Shown: positions 1 through 14,129 of the stretch, one piece after another | Position numbering within the stretch: the stretch's first letter is position 1 | Layout of the letters: every line of letters begins with the position of its first letter | Assembly (NCBI RefSeq): GCF_009914755.1 | Contig: NC_060928.1 | DNA from: the human T2T-CHM13v2.0 reference genome, Homo sapiens | Reading direction: 5' to 3' (one strand) | DNA length: 64,000 nt | The notes under the pieces: generated by a model | Databases searched by the model: none | Told to the model about the DNA's origin: nothing | The model's input: the letters and a program-made list of their open reading frames with translations, nothing else | Made by a program: the position numbers and the translations under genes

Positions 1-2300
1 GACAGCTGAGCACCCATAGTACCTGGTTTTAATTTTATATTGCTGAAAGAAGCACTTAAAAGGTAGAAAAAACTGTCTTGATTCGCTGCCACCACACCTC
101 TCCTACACCCAGAAGCTGCAGCATGGAACAAAGAGCATCTCTGAGTGTCCCAGGGGAGGGAGAACACAGAAATTGTGAGGCATTGAACTCAGTGCTGTCC
201 TGTTACAGGAGAATGGTAAAACCAGACCAAACTCAGCTGACACCAGCTGAGCATTTAAACCAGCCCTAGCCAGAGGGTAATCACCAATCCCAGCAGCTGG
301 AACTTGAGTTCCCACAAACCTTGCCACCAAGGGATACAGTGCTGTTTTTCAGTATATTTGAAAGCAGTCTAGAGCACAGGGACTGCAATTCTTATGTGAG
401 TCCTATTGCTGAACTAGGCCCAGAGACAGAGGACTCGGGGGCACATGACCTACTGAGACACACCAGCTGGGATGGTTAAGGGAGTGCTGGCATCACCCTT
501 CCTCTAACCCCAGGCTGCATAGCTCATGGCTACAAAAAAGACCCCCAACTTTTTTTTTTTCTTTTTTTTTTCTTTTGGCTTGAGGACAGGAGAGGGAAGA
601 ATGGGAAGAACTTTGTCTGGCTTCTTGGATACCAGCTCAGCCACAACAGGATAGGGCACTGGTCAGAGTCATGAAGCCCATATTTCTGCCCCTAGCTCCC
701 AGATGGCATTTCTAGACATACCCTGGGCCAGAAGGGAACCCTCTGCCTTGATGGAAATGATCCAGTACTGCCAGCATTCATCACCTGCTAACTGAAGAGC
801 CCTTGGGCTCTGAATCACCAGCAGTGATACCCAGTAATACTATGTTGAGGGCCTTGGGTGAGCCTCTGAGACTTGCTGGCTTCAGGTGAGGCTCACCACA
901 TTACCAGCTATGGTAGCTATGGGAAAAAATATTCATTCTGTTTGAGAAAAGCAGAGGGAAAAGTAAAGGGGACCTTACACCTTAGGTACCAGCACCAAGT
1001 GGGCTCTTGGGGGTCCCTGACTCCAAGACTTGACTCTTGGATAACATTTCGGGACATGCTGTGGACCAGAGGGGAGCTCAATGCCCGCCCTGAAGGGTGA
1101 GTTTGAAGCCAGGCAGCATTCACCCCACGCTGACTTAAGAGCCCTTGGGTCATTAGGGAACATGGATGGTAGTCTAGCAGTACTCCTCATGGCCTAGGGT
1201 GTTGGTGGCTACGGAGTGAGGCTCCTCTGCCTTTGGAAAGGGGAGGGAAGAGTGGGATGGACTATGTCTTGTGGTTTGACTGCCAGCTCAGCCACAGTAC
1301 AATAGAACACCAGGTAGATTTCTATGGTTTCTCAAACTGTGCATCTGGACCAACCCAGGGCCTGGGGGACCCCGCTGCCCTGAAGGGAAGGAAACACATC
1401 TAGCTGGCTTTGTCACCTGCTTACTACAAAGCCCCAGGGCCTAGAGAAAACCTAGGCAGTAGTCAGGGAGTGGTTACAGCAAGCCTTGAGTGAGACCCAG
1501 TGCTGTGCTGACTTCAGGTCTAACCCAGGACAGTCATAGGGCTGGTGGCTACAGAGAAGCTGGCATCACTCTACTCCCAGCTTTGGGTGGTTCAGTACAG
1601 ACAGAGAAAGACTGTTCATTTAGGAGACAGTAAAGGAAGAGAACAAAAGTCTCTTCCTGGTAATCCAGAAAATCTCCTGGATTATCTCCAAGAACATCAA
1701 GGCAGCACCTCTAGGAGTCTACCAGAACCACAGCATTACTGGACCCGGGGTGTCCCCTAAAGCAGATACAGCATAGATCACAACACCCAAGTCTTTTCAA
1801 ATAGTTGCAAAGCCTTTCCAAGAAGGACAACTACAAAAAAGCCCAGACAGTAAAAAGGCTACAATAAATACCTAACTCTTCAATGTTCACCAAATAAATT
1901 AAACAAGGCACCGGGGATTAATCCTGGAGAAACAGAAATATATGACTTTTCAGGCAGAATATTCAAGATAGCTGTGTTGAGGAAATTCAAAGAAAGTTAG
2001 GATAACAAAGAGAAGGAATGTAGAATTCTGCCGGATAAATTTAACAAAGAGACTGAAATAATTAAAAGGATTCAAGCAGAAATTCTGGAGCTGAAAACAT
2101 GCAATTAGCATACTGAAGAATGCATCTGACTCCTTTAATAGCAGAATTGATCAAGCAGAAGAAAGAATTAGTGAGCTTGAAGACAGGCTAATTGAAAATG
2201 CAGTCAGAGGAGACAAAAGAAAAAAGAATAAAAAACAATGAAGCACACCTATGGGACTTCAAAAATAGCTTAAAGAGGGCAAATCTAAGAGCTATTGGCC
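1..2300 (+). mobile_element. Old LINE-1 5' UTR and start of ORF1 (L1MA1/2-type, L1M1 5' end), degenerate
   Basis: GC-richer 5'UTR-like sequence with internal ~320-bp repeats. From ~1930 there is decayed ORF1 coiled-coil sequence (AGCAGAATTGATCAAGCAGAAGAAAGAATTAGTGAGCTTGAAGACAGG). Subfamily from memory. Confidence 0.75.
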
Positions 2301-2302
2301 TT

Positions 2303-2770
2303 AGGAAGACGGCAGATCGGAGACAGCGCTAATGTGCAGCTCCCAACTTGGACAGATAAAACAGCATGTGGAGACTCAACACCGGGATTCTCTGCTGTAA
2401 GAGCCACCACAGGAACATACCAAGAAAACCAAAAGAATTCACATCTTCTTTGAAAGAAGCCACAGGCTGCTACAAATTCAGCCAAACAAGCAAAACACTG
2501 TGAGTTCCCAAAGTGTGAGAGCACATATTCCCAACGGGAAATCTGAAAATCCTGATCATGGGAGAAGGATTTAACCTTACCTAGAACTGAACAGATTTAG
2601 GGAGCCATGCAAAATGTAAAAGTCAAAGCAGTAGTGAGAACTACGTTATAGGCACTCCAATTCTACAGCTGGAGCCCAGGGAAGCCAACCCTGCCTGTAT
2701 CTCACAGAGGTCCTCATGGAGAGCAGCCAGCAGAATTAGGGAGGGGACACAGGGTGTGAACAGAAAGACT
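2303..2770 (+). mobile_element. L1PB(a)-like 5' end fragment
   Basis: Abrupt switch to GGAAGACGGCAGATCGGAGACAGCGCTAATGTGCAGCTCCCAACTTGGACAGA...GTGGAGACTC, which resembles the first ~450 nt of the L1PBa 5' UTR. Confidence 0.6.
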
Positions 2771-2779
2771 AAAAGATGT

Positions 2780-3520
2780 TTCCCACTATGGGAAACATTT
2801 TTGAGTTTCCTCCAAAAAAAAATCATCTAAAATTTGAGCTACCATATGATCCAGCAATCTCATTGCTGAGTATATACTCAAAACCCAAAAGGAAATCAGT
2901 ATATCAAAGACATATCTGCACTTTTTATGTTCATTGCAGCACTGTTCACAATAGCTGAGATTTGGAAGCAACCTAAGTGTCCATCAGTGGATTAAAAAAA
3001 ATGTGGTACATATTCACAATGGGGTACTCTTCAACCATAAAAAATAATGAAATCCAGTCAATTGTAACAACCTGGATGGAATTGGAGATCATTATGTTAG
3101 GTGAAATAAGCCAGACACAGAAAGACAAACATTACATGTTCTCACTGAATTGTGGGATCTAAAAATCAGAACAATTGAACTCCTGGACATAGAGAGTAAA
3201 AGGATGGTTCCCAGAGGCTGGGAAGGGTAGTGAGAGGCTGGTGGGGAGGTGGAGATTGTTAACGGGTACAAAAATAGTTAAAAAGAATGAATAAAACCTA
3301 CTATTTGATTACACAACAGGGTGACTATAATAATTGTACATTGTAAAATAACTTAAAGAGTGTAATTGGATTGCTTGTAACTCAAAGGATAAATGCTTGA
3401 GGGGATAGATAACTCAATCCCCAAGATATTCTTATTTCATATTCCATGCCTATATCAAAATATCTCATGTGCCCCATTAATATATGCACCTGCTATGTAC
3501 CCCAGAATTAAAAATAAAAA
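2780..3520 (+). mobile_element. L1MA1/L1MA2-like 3' end (ORF2 C-terminus and 3' UTR)
   Basis: Remnant peptides ELPYDPAISLL and KKMWYIFTMGYSSTIKNNEIQSIVTTWMELEII; L1MA-type 3' UTR ending CTATGTACCCAGAATTAAAAATAAAAA. Confidence 0.85.
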
Positions 3521-3562
3521 TAATTTTATTTTTAATAAAATTAAAATTTTATTAAATTTTAA

Positions 3563-3900
<338 letters not shown>

Positions 3901-4387
3901 TCATTGATTAGAATTAGTATTGTTAAAATGTTCATATTATTCAAAACAATCTATAAATTCAATGCAATCCCTATCAACATTTCAATGTTACATTTTACAG
4001 AAATGAAAGAAAAACTATTATTAAATTTGTATTGAGTCACAGACTACCCCAAATAGTCCAAAACGTCATAAGATAGTGGCATCACACTCCTTGATTTTGA
4101 AACAAATTATAAACAATTGTCCTCAAATCAGCATGGTATTAGCATAAAAACAGATATGTTCACTGATGAAGCAGGATAAAAAACCCAGAACTAAACCCAT
4201 GTATTTACGGTCAACTGATTTTTGATAAAAATGCCAAGAGCAGACAACGGGAAAAGGACAGTCTCTTCACTAAGTGAGGTGGAAAAATTGAATATGTACA
4301 GGCAGGAGAATGAAATTAGACCCTTATCTTATATCATATACAAAAGTCAACACACTGTGGAATGAACACTTAAATATAAGACTTGAA

Positions 4388-5098
<711 letters not shown>

Positions 5099-8000
5099 CT
5101 ACAGCCAGAAAACAAATAACCTGATTTAAAAATCAGCCACATTATTTCTCATAAGAAGAAATACACATGGCCAACAGGTACATGAAAAAAATATGTTCAG
5201 CATCACTAATCACTAGGAAAATGCAAATTAAAACCACAATGAGATATCACCTCACACCTATTAAAATGATATCTTTAAAAGATGAAAGCTAAGTATTGGA
5301 GAGGATGAAGAGAAATGGGAACTCCTATATATTATTGGTGGGAATGTAAATTAGTACGGCCATTATGGAAAATGGTATGAAGCTTTCTCAAAACACTAAA
5401 ACTAGAACTGCCATGTGATCTAGAAATGCCATTTCTGGAATTCTCAGAGGAACTGAAATCAATATGTTGATGAGATGTCCACAATCCCATGTTGATTGCA
5501 GCGTTAGTCACAATAGCCAAGACATGGAAAAAATCTAAGTGTCCATCAATGGATGAATAGACACAAAAATTTGAGATATGTACACAATGGAATACTGTTC
5601 AGACTTTAAAAAGGGGAAATCTTGCCGTTTGCAACAACATGGATGGATATGAAAGGCATTATGGTAAATAAAATAGGACAGGCACAGAAAGACAAATAGA
5701 ATAGAATATGATATCATTTTTATATGGAATATAATAAAGTCAAATTCATAGATGTAGAGTTTAAAAAGTTGGTTACCAGAAGCTGGATATAGGGGTGATA
5801 GGAAGGAAAACAATGGCACTTTTATTTTCCCTCTATTTATTGATCTTACCTTGTTATCCTATGTTCATTTCTGCATAGCCTGTGGCCAATAAGGCAAAAG
5901 TTTAGTAGAATTTAAATAGAAACAAAATTAATACAATGGAGGTTGTGGGACCTCCGAAAAGAGACAATGATCACATAAGAGCATAAGCTTAATATTGTTA
6001 ACATTTTGAATATTTAATTGGCAGAAGAAATGTATTTTTTTACCTTGTCATGATTTAATCTCTTTATATGAAATATAACGTTGTGTCTGCCTGTAGTTCA
6101 ATGAAGTCTGCTTTTATGATCACATTACAAACATTAATGTGAGAAGTAATTATGTTATAAATGACTTTTGTTCAGGAAATACAAGTTTAATCACAATCTT
6201 ACTTATTATGAAGTTAGGAAAATATTATTTTAATTTAAAATAAAGACATTTTATTGAATGCTAATTGATTGACATTATGCAAATTGGATATAACTTATTA
6301 TAATAATGTTTCACACAGGTGTACCATATCTCAAAACTACCATAATAATAATCTACTCAATTCATATTTGATGAGCATAGGAAACAATATTGTAAGCTTG
6401 CCATGTTTTAATATTTATCACTAAAAAACTGTATTTAAAGCATTTTAGGGTTGCAAATTTCAATGATAGCACTCTTATGACATTAGTATTATCAGTGAAT
6501 GGTATATACTTTGCAGAGTGGTTTACAAAAATAGTCATGTGTTTAAAAATTGTCATCAGATGCATATTCTGGTTACCAAAGGATGAGTAAAAGAAATAGA
6601 AGGGTCAATTTATTTGTCTGGAATAGAATTGAAATTAGGTATGAATTACATCAACTTAAATAGCTTATAGCATATATAGATGTTTTCCTAGTAGAATAAT
6701 ATTCTTGACAATAGTGATAACAGAATACTATTTATTGAAAGCTTTATGGATTTTATAGGCACTATGTAAGGCAAAGTGGATCATGGTGGATCAAAGTGGA
6801 ACAAACTGAATGTTCTTAGAGTTTTTCAAGTTACTGGAACACTATTTGTGTTTTTTTCTATTCATAATGAATATCAATGCTGCCCAACTAGAAATAGATG
6901 ATAGATTTTAAACAGATAATGAATGATTGACTGACTGATAGGTAGATATAGATAATCTTGGTGGAGAAAGATAATCTCATTTTGTCTTGGGAAAATATTT
7001 TAAATTTCTTAAGATAAGAAACGTATACTTTACATTTTTCTAATTTGTTGATTATCAGTTTATGCCAATGTACTAGACATGCCTTATGAAAATGAATTGT
7101 TCTCTAATTCATTTTATTCTATTGTGTGAATGCAGATAGATACACATTGAATATTTTAAATGATATTAAGAGAATCTTCTACATAATGGAAAAAATTCTA
7201 TGAAATATTCTCTTGCTTTCTTTTTATCTGTTTTTTATACAAAAACCAGCTTTAACAAAAAACAAAATAACATTTAAAAATAAAACTAGAGAAAAATACC
7301 TTTTTCAAAATCATGTTGTTGTAAATATCTATCTTTTCTAATTCTGAAGTGATTTCGGAAATTTTATAAATTCAATGTTAGTTTTTTAAATAGATCCCAA
7401 CAAGTAGAAATTTTTCAGAGACATGAAATCAAAAACTTTGTCATTTGAAAAACAATAGTATTTATATGTTCAATAAGAATAAACAGTAAGTTTCATGCTA
7501 TGCCTGAGAAATGAGGATGCTGTTGTGATAAGCATGGGTATGCACCAGTATTTACTTTTTAATTGTGTAAGCCTTTGTTATAAGTGCCAGCAATGAAGAG
7601 CACCCTTGACTCCTGCTAACTTCCTTTCAGCCATGGTTGGCTCATTATATTGCTTTCGTGCATAGCTGTTGGCAGACGTAGACATAACATTTTAACATGC
7701 ATTGAGCCTCCTTCAAGCATTTTAATTGGTTTAAAACTACTGGTAGTATCTTTTACTGTATTAATTTATTGCTTCAGTTTCAGTCAACTGAAACCTTTGC
7801 CAGATGGTAATGCAGCCACTGCATACATAATAGGAGATTGGAGGTATTTATATGATGCAAATGCCTCTTTTTGATTAAGTATTCATGAACTTTCTCTTAA
7901 TGATTATATTGAAAAAGTACTACAAAGATTGAGATTCACACCTCATGGAAATTAATAATCTAATTTTGCAAAGTGACAGTTTTGTTTAAAAGTGATGGAA

Positions 8001-9582
8001 GGCATAGCTTCTGAGAAGATAATAACAATCATTCAGGAAGAGTATCCCTTCTTTAGTTTTGTTTTGTTCAGATTCAATGAGATTCAGAAGTGGCAGCCAT
8101 AAAAATAAACGCCCCTCATAGCATGGAATAAGAAAGCACAGTATTTATTTATTTCAAAACTTAAAATGTTGCATAATGTTTATTCACTTAGTTATAGAAA
8201 ACACATTGTGCAGTGGTTATAGAATCATCGGTATGTTTCACAGTAGCATTAGCCTCAATTTTAAAATTAAAAATAGTAAGTTATTTTCAGGTAGAATCTT
8301 ACACTTTAAATTGTACATCACATGTATGCACACACACAACATTCTCATAAAAAAGTGCACCAAAATAGTATTAAAGCTATTTACAACTTCAATCCAACAA
8401 AATTTTGTAGGTTTTATAATCTGTTGCTTAAGACTGGACATATAGAATGTAGATGAGAATTATGTTGGCAATACTTAAGAGAAGCAGATTGTGGGCTTTT
8501 GCATACCTTTCCTGCTGGAAACATAATCTATCTATCATCACAAAGACAAAATATGTATTCAAAAATGATCTGTATACATATTTATAACTTATACCCAGAT
8601 GGTGAAGGTCAAAATACATCTGACCTAAACTTTACCTAAATACTGCAAATGTTTGTGTATCTATCACTTTTCATTATCTAGCAATATGTGTCTTTATGAT
8701 ATGGTTCATTAACTGTAAATTGGGCATTGCTGCCTGAATTCCTTCCGAGACACAGATCCTTATCTCATGAAATTTGCTTATAGTATTTGCACTTACAGGC
8801 CTGCATTGTCAGGGGAAAAATAGGTCAATATCCTTAGTAATAGAAATATTAATTTCCAGGGACCCAGAGAAATAAAAAAGGTTATTATAACAATGGACTA
8901 TTTTTCAATTACAAATAACAGCACATTGTTATATATAAATTGTATTTATAATAAGAACACAGGTTTATTGACAAGAACTTATGTTATTGTTGGGAAGAAG
9001 GAGGCAGGTAAGGAGGGAGAAAAGAGACAGAAAGAGGATAATTTATACATCTGAGAGAAAGTGTTTTACAAAGCTCGTAATTGTCACAGGGTCATAATTT
9101 CAAACTAAACTTGGTCTTTTTGCTAAAGAGTTCATTTATTCTTATCCAAGCATGGCTTACATTGTGAAATAAGAAGCTGTCTAGCTTTGTCTTAATACTC
9201 AAATGTTCCAGAAATTCTTCTTCTTAATATTACTTGTATGTTTTCAAATCCATAGTGATTTATAAAGCAAAGAAAAAGTACACCCTATGAATATACACAT
9301 TTCCTTTTTTCTTTTCAGATTTTGCTATCTGCCAAAAATGCCATTCTACATGCCTCAACCTTCTGAAACTCTTTTATGAATGAAAATCGTTTTAAAGTCT
9401 TTGTACACTTCATATAGTGTTTTCTTTTCCTACTAACACTCATCATTTCCAATCTTTCTAATTTTCTTGGGCTTTATAAGACTTTGTTGGACAATATGAT
9501 AGAGATTTAAAGCTTTATAATTTAAAAAGACTAAAATCATTTGAAATCAAATGTCAACAATCCTTTTTGCTTGCTTTTTAAA

Positions 9583-11305
<1,723 letters not shown>

Positions 11306-13299
11306 CGAAGGAAAATGAATCTGTTCCTGGGTAAATCTAGCTCAAATATTCAGAGACTGAACTGCACATGCTCAGTCTATTTATGGGAGATGTCATCGCA
11401 TCAGATATGTCACTCCCCCCATTATACATTATCTATGAAATCTGTCAAAAACAAAATCTATCTATGGAATTTCCCTAGGTCAGACTTCTCTTTATCCTCT
11501 TTGTTACTCTGAGCTCTTCGGAGCCTTCTGACTTCACTTTCTCTTTCGATCCCGCACATTCATTCTTATTTAATCTTTATGTCTAAAATTAATACCCTAT
11601 ATCCAGACTACCACATAAGCCCCACTTTATATTATGACTTCCATTTTATCTTTTTTCATGAGTCACAAGTGTGGAAAAAAAGTGTTCAGTTCTTAAACCT
11701 TGCTTTAGGTCGATATTTTCTGATACAATTGATTATCTAAATATTTTATACTGAGATTTATAAAACCAGTTTTGTTTCTGTTCTACAACCAAATATATAT
11801 GGATATATATTTTATTGTAACTTGTTTTGTAAGTAAATGTTGTAGTTAGGAAGTCTAAGGACTCCAGCGGGAATGTAATATTTTATTGAAATTCGTGTGC
11901 TTATTTTTGATGCCTGATGAGTTGAGTTTTTTTTTTCTTTCTGCCAATTTCACTTTTCATCTGCTCCGCAAGTCTCAGTGTACTGTCAATGTTTCATATG
12001 AAGTATCAAATATTCACAAACAAAAATAACGTGTTCTTCACAAAATTCTGACAGCACCAGCAACTGAGAAACTCAGTACTTTCAATCACATCATTTTCCT
12101 TTTTCTTTTTCTTTCTTATCTATATTTTTCCCAATTCTTCACAGAGAAAACCTCATTATCCAAGCAGTTACTCAAGGCCTATAGCTCTGGTGCTTCAAAT
12201 AAATCCCACCAATAATTTGTTCAATTCCACAGTTCACCTTGTCTCTCTGATTAAGAAACAGATACACAATACCCAGCAAATATCCCAACAGTCACTCCTT
12301 AATGCTGTCCTTTTAAAAACACAGTTAGGCAGGATTAACTTGGCTTCATTTTCCAGACGAAGTGGGGTCTCTTTCACTTGGGATCTGGGCCAGAGTATTA
12401 AGCTATTGATGCCCAGTAAAATTACCACATTTCATTCCACAGAAAACAGGCATTGAATGAACAGTGTCTCAATCAACATAAAGCTTTGGAACTTTGTTCC
12501 ATGGTTGTGAGAATAGCCGCTTTGTCCAGACATCTTCAACTATGAGTTATCCAAACTAAACATCACGCCAGTACCCAGATGTTGGTAGACACATGAGAGC
12601 TGGAGCAAAACCGAAGCCAGATCCCAGATGAAACCATGTCTGTTTTCTGAACTCCTTCTAGCACTTTCACTTGAATGAGTCAATACATTTACTTCATTCT
12701 TTAAGATTTCATTATTGGGTTTTCTGTTAGTTTTCAATTATAAGCAACTAATTTGCAATAAATGGTGGATCAAAACACAGACAGTATTTCTTAACCACTT
12801 ATAGCTCCTGTTAAATTGAAATTTCTTAAAAGCTCTGCTGTGGACATTCCTTTGATAATTTTACAGTTTCTAATGATCTCATTTTAATATTTATCTCTTT
12901 ATGGAAATTCCTATTTTCAATTGGAAATTCCTAGTATTAGCATTACTATGATAATTTAGAGTATATTTTCAATTTTCTGAATCTTGCAAAAGTTGTCATT
13001 TAAATTGCTTATATATATACTTGAAAAAATGAAAATAATATTGTAAACACTAAGAATGTTATTCATAGGAATCTAATATTTTGATGATTTCATTACATTT
13101 TCAGATTACTGTGTTATATCACTTAACACTATACATTGGAAACAGAGTCTCATAGCATAAATTAATAAGCTAGTGAGAAATTTGCTATAAATGTAACTTG
13201 TTAGAAAGAATATTTGGAAAACTATGCATCTTGGATTTGAAAATTTTTATCAAAACGTATGTGATAATATATTGAGAAAAGTCACCCTTTTTCTTTCAA

Positions 13300-13745
13300 C
13301 ATGGTTTGTTTGTTCGAACGTAATCCAAATTATTGTTTTTTTTTTCTTTCTTAAGGATTGTGCTCTTGACGTCAAGTCTAAAACTCTTCTAATACCATGC
13401 CTTGCCATAGGTCCCAAAGATGTCCCCCTTTATTTTCTTCTGAATTTTTTAGATTTTTACATATAAAATTTAATTTTATGAATTATTTTGAGGTAATTTT
13501 TGTGGTATGAGCTTAGGTCACCTTTTATTTATTTGCCTCTGGATATCCAATTATTCCAGCACCATTTGTTTCAAAGGCCTTCTTCCTGAGTTGAATTGTA
13601 TTTTCACTTTCGTCAAAAATAAGTTGGGCATATTTGAGTGGGTTATTTACTGGGTTCTCTATTCTGTACCATTGATCTATATTTCTATCTCTATACCAAA
13701 ACCGCATAATCTAAATTATTATAGCCTATAATAAATCTTAAAATC
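13300..13745 (-). mobile_element. Old L1M ORF2 fragment
   Basis: Minus-strand peptide WYRDRNIDQWYRIENP...YAQLIFDE is homologous to ORF2 [14 protein letters not shown]...YNYLIFDK. Confidence 0.8.
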
Positions 13746-13864
13746 TTAAATCTTAGTTAAAATATATTCAGCACTTCAAGCAGAATGCTTAACAAATATT
13801 ATGTCCATTTACCTTAAAATTATCCAAAGCAATAAACAAAAGCAATGCATAAAAACACAAAATA

Positions 13865-14129
13865 GGCCCGGCGCGGTGGCTCACGCCTGTAATCCTAGCA
13901 CTTTGGGAGGCCAATGCGGGAGAATCAGGAGGTTAGGAGATCGAGACTATCCTGGCTAACACGGGAAACTCCATCTCTACTAAAAATACAAAAAAATTAG
14001 CCGGGCATGGTGGCGGGCGCCTGTAGTCCCAACTACTGACAGGAGAATGGTGTGAACCCGGGAGGCAGAGCTTGCAGTGAGCCGAGGTCGCGCCACTGCA
14101 CTCCAGCCTAGGCGACAGAGGGAGACTCC
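13865..14129 (+). mobile_element. AluY lacking its terminal GTCTC/poly(A), fused to an L1 5' UTR
   Basis: Y diagnostics are present, with a small internal deletion near 14037. It ends at GAGACTCC and runs directly into L1 sequence. Confidence 0.9.

Noticed and set aside
7500-8160. Non-repetitive stretch with homeobox-like motifs (TAATTG, CCATAAAA), a possible conserved enhancer
   Set aside because: Such short motifs are expected by chance in AT-rich DNA; conservation or chromatin data are needed.
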